The translations under genes were made by a program, and so were the position numbers. Of a stretch of 64,000 bases of DNA, positions 52,660-64,000 are shown piece after piece. Numbering within the stretch: the first letter of the stretch is position 1; every line of letters starts with the position of its first letter. The DNA lies in NCBI GenBank assembly GCA_964016885.1, contig OZ024741.1, forward strand, positions 381,672,001-381,736,000. The letters run 5' to 3'. The DNA is from Eledone cirrhosa (lineage: Eukaryota). The notes under the pieces were generated by a model that worked only from the letters and a program-made list of their open reading frames with translations, did no database searches and was not told the DNA's origin.

Positions 52660-53270
52660 GACGATTAAAATACAAAGAGGGCTCGATAAGGATAAATATA
52701 TATCAAATATATAAGAACCGTAGAGCAAATATCTTATATTGGGTGTGGTTGTCTAAACGACAAACAGCCACACACAATATAAGTTACGCTGGGAGATCCT
52801 AGCCAGGGCTAGATCGTATAACGGAAATAAAAGCCCATGTGACCTCTGCGCCGTTGAAGCTCTGGAAATACTCTACGAAAAAAGACCACATCTTAAACAA
52901 AAAATGTGAGGCAATTTAGGCTTGTAAACATAAATTGTACAAAACTTTCCTGTATTACAGCCCCACATTTTACCCTAACGGATAGTACGAACTATAGGCG
53001 GATATTTTACATCTTGTATATGTATATGTTATTTCTATACCATTACTTATTTGTATAGGTATGTATATATTACCTGTATGTTTTGTGAAGGCAACGTTTC
53101 CACGAACCAAAGTATCGTCTTCCTGTCTTCCTTCGGATGCAACGTTTTTCGAAATATTTACATCTGCGTTCACAGATTGATTTTTTTAGTTTCAGAAGAT
53201 CCCGTTAAGGGTGAAAGCAGCGATTCTTTGCTTAAACTTTAATCTGTTATTTTCATAAATTAATTAAGTT
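52660..53270 (+). mobile_element. 3' fragment of a PLE (endonuclease C-terminus plus pLTR)
   Basis: WEILARARSYNGNKSPCDLCAVEALEIL..LNKKCE..CKH; degenerate HHR-like CAGAAGA-UCCC(GUUAA)GGGU-GAAA near 53193-53216. Confidence 0.7.
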
Positions 53271-53272
53271 AA

Positions 53273-53317
<45 letters not shown>

Positions 53318-53327
<10 letters not shown>

Positions 53328-56300
53328 CTGAGGATGTGTGTGTTAAGGTTTGTAACGGATTCACGTCCCCAATTTCCAACGGATTCTATTCAATGTCAGG
53401 ACAATTATTGCTTTTAGTCAGGGATAGGTCATGAAGCAAAAACATCTTAAATCCATCAACAATAAGGCCAAAGATCGATCATGATCATTCCCCCTCTCTA
53501 TAATTTAACTGATTTACTCTCTCTGTCGCTCTTCACTCCCTACATGACAACACTGCAGAGAGAGAAACAATGTGTATGATCAAATGGAGCGTTCTGTATA
53601 TCCCCCCTCTCTATAATTTAACTGCTTTACTCTCTCTGTCGCTCTTCACTCCCTATATGACAACACTGCAGTGGAGCGTTCCCTATTGAGCATTCCGTAT
53701 TGACATAGGGCTTATCTGGGGAATTTTCAATCGGCTTATTGCAAATAACAACCCGCAAAATAACACTTGATATAATAGATTAATGATATAGACATATGAA
53801 TCGGAATGTAACCCGTGAACTTTTTCCTGGGCCGAATCATTCGAACAGACATGACCTCATTGCCAGTGTGTTCAGACTGAAACTGACTAAACTCATGGCT
53901 TTAATGGAAAATGGTCAGGTATTTGGGGCCGTAAAATGTGACATGTTCACCGTCGAATGTCAAAAACGAGGGCTGCCACATGCTCACATTTTGATTCGGT
54001 TAGCTGATGAAATCAATTCAAATGCCATAGACAGCTTCATTTCGGCTGAAATCCCTAACCCAGCTACTGACCAGGAATTACATGACATCGTCAAAGCTAA
54101 CACGGTCCGTGTGCGTCGGGTCCTAATCACACGTGTCTGAAAAGAGGATCGTGCAGTAAGGGATACCCAAAAAAATGTGTTGACGAGACTCAGACTGGTG
54201 GCACCGGGTACCCCTTGTACAGGCGGAGACGGCCCGAGAACGGTGGCTTCCCCACAACAGTAAAGGGAGGTCAAGTCGACAATAGATGGGTGATCCCTTA
54301 CTGCCCGCTTCTCTTGAATATGTTCAACGCCCACATCAACGTTGAGTTTTGCAACTCCGTCAGTCGATAAAATACATATGCAAATATGTAAATAAGGGCT
54401 CTGATGCCGCAATGTTCGCATTTCAAACTGAAAATAGCAGGGACGAGGTCACATAATACCTGGCGGGGCGGTACATCAGTAGCAATGAAGCTTTTTTGGT
54501 GCCTATTTGGTTTACCCCTACACCAACGGCACCCCGCCATCGTACAGCTTGCGATACATTTGGAAAATGGGCAAAGGGTTTACTTTACGGACCAAACCGC
54601 CGCCAAGTTAGCCGCCGATCCGAAATAGACCCCTCTGACTGGTTTCTTCGAACTTAACCACTTCGATACATTTGCGCAAACAATTGTGTACCCCAAGGTT
54701 CCATCCTACTTTATATGGTCGAAAAATACTTGGGTGCGAAGAAAGTCAGGTCGGGCTGTAGAAAGACATCTTGGTGTAAAATTGAGTGCTTTCATCTCCT
54801 TCTTCTGCATGAAGTTGTAGCACCACAAAGTTTTCAGAACCTCAAAACTGTTGATGGAGAAATATGTGATACGTACCGGGATGCCTGCTTTAAGCGTGGT
54901 CTTTTGTAAGATCATTCGCAAGGGAATTCCACATTAGCAGAGGGTGCTTTGTTGAAATCACCTAAAAGTCTACGGGTACTCTTTGCCATTTTGCTTCAAA
55001 AGTGTGAATTGGGTTATTCCAAATCTTTATGGGTCAAGTACAGAGACTTCATGTCTGAGGACTTCCTGCTTTAGCTCATCTGCAGTACCCTTCAGTGGAA
55101 GTTGGTTACAGTGACATTATCTACAGCAGGGCGCTCATTGATATCGAGGACGCCCTCCTCAACATGGGTGGGGGTGAGTTGGCGACGTATGGCTTGCCGT
55201 CAACCGTCAGAGAGGAAGCTAACACGTTGGCCCCTGATTTGTTGTGGGAAACATAATATGACATGGAATCTCTTTCCCAATACTTAGAGTAAAATAAGCC
55301 CAAACTCTGTCGGACCAAAGGTTGGCCTATTTAAATAACATTGACGCGGTTCAGAATCAGACTGGGGCTATTTACTTTCTCGATGCTCCTGGGGGTACCG
55401 GAAAAACTTTTGTAACGAAATTGATTCTAGCTAAGATTCGTCAGGAGAAAAATGTTGCGTTGGCCGTTGCATCGTCCGGAATCGCTGCTACTTTGCCTCC
55501 GCGAGGCAGCACATCACATTCACCCTTTAAACTCCCCTTGAATTTAGGAAAATCTGAGACACCAACATACAATATCAGCAAGAGCTCACACGAAACTCTG
55601 GTTCTCAAATATGTTGCCTCATTGTTTGGGATGAGTGCACAATGGCACACAAGGGAGCCCTTGAGGCATTGGATAGGACCCTGAAGCCTTTAGGTATTCT
55701 ACGGCTCCTATGAGTGGCGTAACCACCCTTCTGTTATCATGGGATTTTCGGAAAACGCTGCCTGTCATCCTCAAAGGGACAAGAGCTTATGAAGTGCTTG
55801 CCTCCCATAAGTTATCCATGTTGTGGCTCCAGGTGAAGAGTTTGTATCTGAGCACAAATATGCGTGCCCATTTGCATGATGACAACATGTCTGCAGCATT
55901 TGCTCAGAATAGCACTTGGTGAGGGCAAGGACCCTGCGGATGACAAGGGCGGCATAGCAATCGACTCCCTGTGCCACATTGTGAGCAGCCCTTCTGACTT
56001 TTGGGAAGCAGTTTTTTCCTAATGTCTCATCTAACTTTAAAAACCTCGATTGGTTCAGCGAAAGAGCCATCCTTGCTCTAAAAAATGCCATGGTTAATTT
56101 TATTAACCAGCAGCTGATTGAGAAGATTCTCGGTAAAGAGCACATCTTCAAATCTATCGACCGGACGTCAGACCCCGACAATATCGTTAATTATCCGGTT
56201 GTTTTATTAAATTCTCTTGAGTCCCCAGGGCTCCCACCTCACATTATAAAGCTTAGTGTTGGCTGTCCCATTATGCTAATAAGGAACTTGTGTCCGTCAA

Positions 56301-56983
56301 AGCAGTGCAACGGTACTCGCATGGTCATCAAGTCACTGACGCCCCACTTGATTGAAGCCACCATTGTAACAGGGTGCGGGAGAGGGGAGAATGCTTTCAT
56401 TCGAAGGATGAACCTTTTCCTATCGAAGTCAGATATCCCGTTCGATTTCCGGCAATCCCAATTCCCGGTGAGAGCATGTTTTGCCATGTCCATTAAAAAG
56501 TCACAAGGGCAAACATTGTCGGTGGCGGTTTCCATTTGGGGGAGTAATGCTTCTCCCATGGCCATCTTTATGTTGCCTGTTCCAGCGTAGGGAGCAGGAA
56601 TGGACTTTTTGCTTACACTCCTCAAGGGATGACACGCAATATCGTCTACAAAGAGGTGCTATACATGTTGGTGCAGGTGTTGGAGGTGCTGGAGCTATGC
56701 CGTCTGGAAAACTATTTCCTGGTAGGGTCAACCATGGCGGACAGATCTGACACCCAGCGGCATCAGGGCCACCATCTTGCAACTTTGGTCTGCTAAATTC
56801 GCTATTGGAAGATTATTAACCCATCATTGATTGTCCAAAAGGTTAATTGGTTCGTAACTGTTAATAACCGGTTCAACTGCTTTATGCACTTTATTGATAA
56901 GCTTATTCGCTTTCAAGCCACGTTTAACTGTATTTAACTTTTCATAGAAAATGAACAAACCCGAGCAACGCCGGGCTAAATTG

Positions 56984-56987
<4 letters not shown>
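53318..56987 (+). mobile_element. Helitron (decayed autonomous-type, internally deleted) inserted in (AT)n
   Basis: Rep and helicase remnants; 3' hairpin CCCGAGCAACGCCGGG then CTAA|T (CTRR); internal ~70-bp direct repeat at 53490 and 53602. Confidence 0.92.
53796..56650 (+). pseudogene. Helitron RepHel (HUH Rep plus Pif1-family helicase), many frameshifts
   Basis: VECQKRGLPHAHILI (HUH), LAIHLENGQRVYF, FLDAPGGTGKTF (Walker A), VASSGIAAT, MLIRNL..CNGTR, QFPVRACFAMSIKKSQGQT. Confidence 0.93.
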
Positions 56988-57040
<53 letters not shown>

Positions 57041-57721
57041 ATATATATACAAGTAGAACTCAAATAAAATGTAGAGATATACACTCATATACTCTGTAAT
57101 AATTAAGCTCAAAGTAAAAATACTGAGCATTTTATAATATATATATATAGGAATAAACACAGTAAATTGTGCGTTTAGAATTACTAGGGTAGTGAGACCA
57201 CGTTGGTTTCACGACTATAATCTATGAATCAAACGGAAAATACAATTTAAAATTCAAATGTACTGACCGTTTCAATAACTATTATCTCCCGGACAAATTA
57301 GAGATTAATCTATTTCACGCTGAAAAGTTTTTTAACAGATAACCCGGAGGCAGTCCTCAGCAGGAGATGAGATTATGTGCGACAAACACCTATGAGAGTA
57401 GGTATGCTAAATAAACACATGTTATTACAGCTCAAAATATGAAATTTGTTCAGTAAACTACTCAGATGGCTACATAAAATTCTACCTGTATGAAATACTT
57501 ACTTTAAACGTGTACAGTAATTCATAGAGCATTGAAAAATGAAAGACCAAAGACTGCCAATTATATAATATTTTAACTAACGTACGTTTCTTAAGCAGAC
57601 ATATTATCAATTATTGTTTAATTAATTATATGAACAAAAGAGTGGGTTCATCAGAATAAATGAAAAGAATACAAGAATCATGTTTTCAATATATATATAT
57701 ATATATATATAATTGTATCTA

Positions 57722-57899
57722 CATTTGGAACAAGGTCAACAATTACCCCAGTGTATTACTAGTATTTTATTTTATCGACCCCGTAAGGATGAAAGGCAAA
57801 GTTAACCTCGGCGGGATTCGAACTCACATCATAAAGGGCCGTAACAATATGTTGCAAAGCATGGCCTCCCAGACTCTACCGATACTGCTAATCCGCCCC
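57722..57899 (-). mobile_element. SINE
   Basis: Reverse complement of the main SINE consensus. Confidence 0.85.
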
Positions 57900-58366
57900 T
57901 CACCGATACTGTTAATATATATAATGCAAATGAGGTTACTCAGCCGATGTGTATTTAAGAAAATACTATCCATTTTCAACCGTTCAACAGATTGGCAGAG
58001 GTATACAGTCCTGAGGAATGGTAATGACCTAAAAACATGTTGATTGTTCCTCAATGCCAGTGTTGAATAAACGGCTGACGATTTGTCATCGGCACAGTAC
58101 CGCTTTCATCATGCATTTGTTTATAAACGAATTGAATAGTATTACTAATGTTCGATAGAACCCATAGTACATATGTATATGTAAATATGTGTGTATATAT
58201 ATATATATATATGCGTGTATTTATGTGTGTGTGTGTGTTTGTGTGTATGTGTGTGTACGTATATATATATATAAGAGAGTATTGAAGTTTGCTTGAAGTA
58301 TTGTGGTACAGGCTCAGGTGTAAGGATAAGAGAGTTCGCATGGCGTATCGGGCAGTCTCTGAGGGA

Positions 58367-59910
58367 ACACATCAACTCCGCCTGGACCAACATCTGCGAC
58401 CGGCGGAAGCTCCCGAAGAAGCTGAGATACAACCTCCTCACGAGGAACAGCAGACTACACGCCTTCTACCACCTCGTGAAAACACACAAACAGGGACCCG
58501 ACCTGAAAATCAGACCCATCGTATCGAGCGTGGAGGGACCACTCTACAAAATTTCATGGCTCCTAGCCAGAATACTCAAACCCATCTTAGACACCTTGCC
58601 GGGACACGTTAACAGCTCCGAGGAGGTGTTGAAGCGCCTGCATCAAATGGATCCCGACACCAGAAGGAATAACAGATATGCCTTTAGCCTTGATGTAGTC
58701 GCTCTCTACACCTCGGTCTCGGCACTCCCGGCCGTCAATATACTGATGGAACGCGTCCAATCCACCGAGCTACACTGCTTCGGGCTCACCACCACTGACA
58801 TCCACCAACTCCTATCCATCGTCGTCGACAACACCTATTTCGGATTCCTTGACCAAATATACCAACGAATCTCGGGATTGCCCATGGGATCAAGCCTATC
58901 AGGTGTGCTAGCGATCTCTTACATGGACAACCTCGAACGCAAGGCACTCAACGCCTGCCACCCCAACGCCGTAGCCTTTTTTTCAAGGTACGTGGACGAT
59001 ATCCTCATCCTCACATCTTCCCAAGACACGGCGAACAGAATCTATGAGACGTTCAACAACACGGACGAGAACATTGACTTCAGTGTTGAACACCCCAACG
59101 AAGACGGGTCACTTGACCTCCTCGACTTCCGAATCAACATCACGGAACAGGGAAGGATACACTGCAACTTCTACCGAAAGGCAGCCTGCAGGGACCTATT
59201 CGTTCACTACAAGTCCGCCCTCCCTAACAGTGCCAAAAGAGGATACATCACGAACGAGATCGCGCGAATCAAAAACAGATGCAGCGATCCCGCGAATGGT
59301 GTCACTCATACCAAGCGATTCCTCGAGGTGCTGGAGACGAACAGGTACCCTACCTCGATCACAGACAGAATAGGAGACACCAGACGCAAGAGACAGAGAA
59401 GCACCCAAGGCAAGTGCTTCCTTAAAATGCCACACCTGGGCGAGAAAACCACCAACGCTATCCGCAAGGCTATACGGAGGGAGGGACTCGACATCCACCT
59501 GGCCCACTCGGGCCCCTCCCTACGAAGATGCCTCTCCAGGAAACCCGGAAAATCTACAGACGCATGCTCCCTCAGAGACTGCCCGATACGCCATGCGAAC
59601 TGTTGCCTACGCACATACGTCGTGTATAAGATAGAATGTGACAGGTGCAACCAATACTACATAGGTAGCGCAATTCGACCTTTGCACATCCGGATCAAGG
59701 AACACATTAAAACCAGGGCCTCGCCTTTCCGGAAACACATAGACAAATGCGGAAACAAAGACGGAAGGCCCATTTTTCACAATTCTAGCGACTGAAAGAA
59801 ACGTCGGCACGTTACGTATCAAGGAAGCGCTTTTTATCAAACGACTGCAACCGCAAATAAACAACCGATCAGAGAGAAGCGAAATGAGATGGCTGGTTTA
59901 AGTTAACAAG
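58367..59910 (+). pseudogene. PLE ORF (RT plus GIY-YIG), long open frame, frameshift near 59770
   Basis: FYHLVKTHK, IRPIVS, FSLDVVALYT, GLPMGSSLS, RYVDD, VVYKIECDRCNQYYIGS..RIKEH; IKEALFI..LQPQIN in the shifted frame. Confidence 0.92.
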
Positions 59911-60307
59911 CGATGCAACAACACACAACACACGCACACACACACACGCAAACGAAACAACTACACACACACACGCACACACACACAGTAGCATTCCACC
60001 ATACGAACATACTACACTGCCAATGCAGAGGAACAAGGCAACAACACACGCACACACACACACACACTCAAGCGAGACAACAACACACGCACACACACAC
60101 AGAGTAACATTTAACAAACAGGCAGAGAATGGACTAACAGCTAGCGCCATCCCACTCCCTCATTCGGCCGCTGACCTCTGTACGACCGACCCCATTTCAC
60201 GCGCACGCGCGCTCTGCCGAATACCTCAGATATTCAAAACAACAAACAGTGAAGGACGCGTTCCGGACTTGTCCGACAGACAACCTTTTCCCCCACCCCG
60301 GAAAAAA

Positions 60308-60343
60308 CCCCAGTTGATGGATGTGAATCCGAAATATATAGGG
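60308..60343 (+). ncRNA. Degenerate minimal hammerhead in PLE pLTR
   Basis: CCC-CAGUUGA-U-GGAU(GUGA)AUCC-GAA-AUAUAU-A-GGG; stems intact, two core substitutions. Confidence 0.6.
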
Positions 60344-60557
60344 ACTATTAAATCTCTCCCAAGGTAACTCTCTCTTGTGTTGTTATTTTTATTTTATCCT
60401 TTATACTCTTCCCTGCATTCTACACATCTCACACATCTTATACACACCACGCATCTCAACGTACACCCACTTACATCTCTCTCTCCACCACCGGACCTTG
60501 TTACCCGGAGATTTACCCATTTGCATTGTCGAGGCTTCCAAACGACTTAAAGATATT

Positions 60558-60619
<62 letters not shown>

Positions 60620-60848
60620 TATCAAATGTAGAAACGTAACACATGAGTTGATTTACATAAAAACAAATAGTAGAAAGGAAACAGATTATTTCAGTAGAAC
60701 ATTCTGAAGAGATTCTTTCAGTGTAATATCAAAACATATATTTATTTATAAAGACGATATATCCGCATTTAATAATGGTACCCGTTTCAGCATTATATCC
60801 ATTGTCAACTGCGGATATTCATATGTTTAAGCTCCATATTTATACAAA

Positions 60849-61029
60849 TAATTGTTTCTACTTTTGGCACAAGGCCAGTAATTACCCAATGCATTACTTG
60901 TACTTTACTTCATCGACCCAGTAAGGATGAAAGACAAAGTTAATCTTGACGGGATTTGAACTCAGACCGTAAAGGGACGTAACTCTGCTGGAAAGCATGG
61001 CGTCCGACTTTCTACCGACACTGCCAAAT
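60849..61029 (-). mobile_element. SINE
   Basis: Reverse complement of the main SINE consensus. Confidence 0.85.
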
Positions 61030-61543
61030 AATAATAATAAAAAAGGGGAAGAAAATTTGTTAAGTTTTACATACGTGTTTTGAGAGGAGAGTTCATATCT
61101 CTGTCTGTGTTTGTCCTTCTTTCTCTGTTAGTTGGCTAACAGAAGTAAAGGTATCGTTAAAGGTAGAGCTTATGTGTACTCTGTATCCAAGATAATTTTA
61201 CGTACGGCGTTGTTGACTCAACAAATATTTATACATATCTATGTAAATTTTATTTGGGAAAACGAAACAAGATAAAGACAGATTTACCTATTTACGTAGA
61301 ACGCCCCTATTTGATTACATGTGTCCCCGATACAGGATCTAATAGTGTTGTTGTTTTTACGGTATATTTATATACTATGGCACAATCCGCGAAGGGGGCA
61401 ATTATTAGGATCTCTACAGTTACGATCTATATTAGAGATATCCCTAGAACTGTGCAGAATATATATTTGAAGAATTATTTATGGTAGTGGAGTGTTTATT
61501 AGGTGGTTGATGTTGTAATGAATAAATGAAGCTAGATTTTCGT

Positions 61544-61587
61544 TTGGAACGTTTCTGTTGCTTGATGAATGCAATATCATCGGCCAA
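61544..61587 (-). ncRNA. Minimal hammerhead motif in a probable inverted pLTR
   Basis: UUGG-CCGAUGA-UAUUGC(9 nt)GCAACA-GAA-ACGU-U-CCAA; one core substitution. Confidence 0.6.
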
Positions 61588-61863
61588 GTTACGGCTCGTA
61601 GATGATAACTTAACCGTATTTTTATTGATTTACGGCCTAGTGGGAAATGATTATCTGGAATATCAAAGAATACTTTAGGTATATATTAGAGGCCACATTG
61701 AGGCGATGCGGTGGATTAGCTCATGAATCTTTTCGTCTGCGTGAGTTAGTTTTTCTGGGCAATTATTGTCAGGTATTTATTTGTTATCATGTTAAGATTG
61801 TTCTTATAAATTTTGCGATCAGTTGGCTTTACTTAATAATTAGTATATTTATATATATATGTA

Positions 61864-64000
61864 TTGTTGAGCGCTTTATATTATAACTGGAAAATGGAAT
61901 TCTTTAAGATCTCTTCTTCTCTAAAAGACATACCTCTACCTAGGAATAAAGATTTTATTAAACAATTAATAGAAAAATCAGACTCTTTTAGAAGAAGAAT
62001 CAGGTGGCGTGCTTTCCACTTCGATAAATCTAATCTAAATGAAAATGTTTCAAATCTGGATAAAATCTTCAAATCTAAAAAAAATCCACCCCCCAACAAA
62101 CTACTAATGGATTTTGAAAATGATATCATATCTATCATCCAAAGCATCAAATTCAAAAACAACTTCAAAGGCCAAGATTACTTAAGAAATATTAAGGATA
62201 ATATTGAAAACTTGGAGAAAATTCTAGTCAAGTCGGACAAAACCAATAATCTTTACGGAATACAAAAGGACATTTATAACGATCTTATATTAAAGGAACT
62301 AAGGAAGAAATACAAAGTAGCAAATAAAGACGACCTTGGAAAACTGAATACAGATGCCTCTTGTATAATGCATGAACTAGACATTGAAAATAAAGCACAA
62401 CCCTTCATGCCAAGGAAACCTAAGATTAATATGAAGGATCATAAAAGAAACTTCGAAACTGATTTACCAGTCAGATTAATTGCAGCATCTAAATCTGACC
62501 TTGGCAGATTAGCAAAAATATTCTAGACAGAATAATACCACAAATTAAGAATTTACCTAATTTATCTTACTTAAAATTATGGAAAGGGACTAGTGAGGTT
62601 ATCGATTGGTTTAAAGAAATTAAATATAACTATAATAATAAGTTTATTCAGTTGGATATTGCTAACTACTACTTATCTATCACTCTTAATCTACTGAATA
62701 AGGCACTAACTCACGCATTTAAACATACATACATAACTAGCAATGAAATGCACATTATATTATCGGCACGGAAAACATTAATAGAATTTAATAACCAACT
62801 CTGGACTAGGGCAGATAGAAATAATAATTTCGACATAACTATGGGATCTTCAGACTCAGCTCAGGTAACGGACCTTGTGGGCCTATTTATAATTAATTCT
62901 CTACATAGAAAAATACCACGTGTAACCGGAGGTTTATATCGTGACGACATGCTTTTACTTATAAAAAATAATAGCTGTGAACTAAAGGGAAAAAGAAAAC
63001 AAATTATACAATTTTTAAATACCTTAATCTAAAAGTAGAAATAGAGAATAACCATAAAATAGTCAATTTTCTAGATGTAACACTAAATCTTAACACATGT
63101 CTTCATTATCCATTTCACAAACTAAATGAGAACTTAAATTAATTATGTCAATTTTAACTCTAATCACCCCAGATCCGTTAAAAATACTATAGTGAACTCT
63201 GTACAAGAACGAATTTCGAGAATTTCATCTAATAAGAATATATTTGATGAAAAAGTGCATTATTACAACGAAGCGTTAGGTAGAGCTGGGTATAGAAATA
63301 AAATTAAATACATCGATAATAATAATAATTTAAAAACTAACCAAAATAACAATTTTAACTATGGTAACAATTTTAACAACTATAATAGAAAACATTACAA
63401 TAATTCCGAAAGCCGAAAAATAAATAGAACTAGGAACATATTATTGTTCGCTCCTCCTTTCTCACTAAATATTAAAACCCCTATGGCTAAACTATTCTTT
63501 AAAGCTCTTGACAAACGCTTCCCTAGAACACATAGATATTACTCAATTTTTAATAGACATACTATAAAATTAACTTACTCTCCATCAAAAATTTAGCGCA
63601 AAATATTAATAGAATTAATAATAGAAATTTAAAACCTAACCAAAATACCAATAATAACCCAAGCAATATTCAATCGAATAATTGTAACTGTAGAAATAAA
63701 TCCAACTGTCCGTTAAATAACAATTGCTTAGCTAAAAACGTAGTTTATAATTGTAATGTAAAAACTAATTTAAATTCATTTAATTATGTCGGTTCTACCA
63801 CCACAGAGTTTAACTCCCGCTTCAATAATCATAAAATTCTTTTACAGATCCAAACAAAAAATCTTCAACTTCGCTATCTAGCCTATTATGGGACCTAAAA
63901 CGAGATAATGTTGAATATTTGCTGATTTGGAATATTATTTCAAATGCTACTCCTTTTAATTCCTCTTCAGAAAATTGCGATCTTATATAGAAGACCAAAC
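61864..64000 (+). pseudogene. PLE ORF of the YRDD / CNC-x5-C type (possibly Naiad-like), disrupted, runs off the window
   Basis: SLKDIPLP..LIEKSDSFRRRIRWRA, VKSDKT, VRLI, DIANYY, TMGSSDSA, GLYRDD, FLDV, CNCRNKSNCPL, VVYNC..YVGSTT. The clade call rests on recall of motifs, not a search. Confidence 0.88.

Larger units (their letters stand above)
58272..60555 (+). mobile_element. Penelope-like element, 5'-truncated with inverted fragments; related to 39403-42650
   Basis: RT-GIY-YIG ORF, 3' pLTR with degenerate HHR, (TA)n flanks. Confidence 0.9.

Overview
AT-rich animal (eukaryotic) non-genic DNA made almost entirely of transposable elements and microsatellites. The repeat landscape suggests a mollusc such as an octopus, but that is an inference. 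No host protein-coding gene can be supported. The left 18 kb is an unbroken train of non-LTR retroelements inserted in one (ATT)n/(TAA)n tract: SINE, L1/Tx1-type LINE A (+), R4/Dong-type RLE element (-), LINE B (+), SINE, and a second Dong-type element (-). The right 46 kb is dominated by (TA)n and holds Penelope-like elements (PLEs), a decayed RepHel Helitron plus non-autonomous Helitrons, a mariner-type MITE and many SINEs. The most notable signals are RNA-level. More than ten type-I hammerhead ribozyme (HHR) motifs can be folded by hand. A non-coding ~670-bp tandem or terminally redundant repeat carries one HHR per unit with stem covariation (retrozyme-like). A ~255-bp tandem/fold-back repeat carries a complete tRNA-like cloverleaf and a Pol III terminator. 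All alignments and folds were done by eye.
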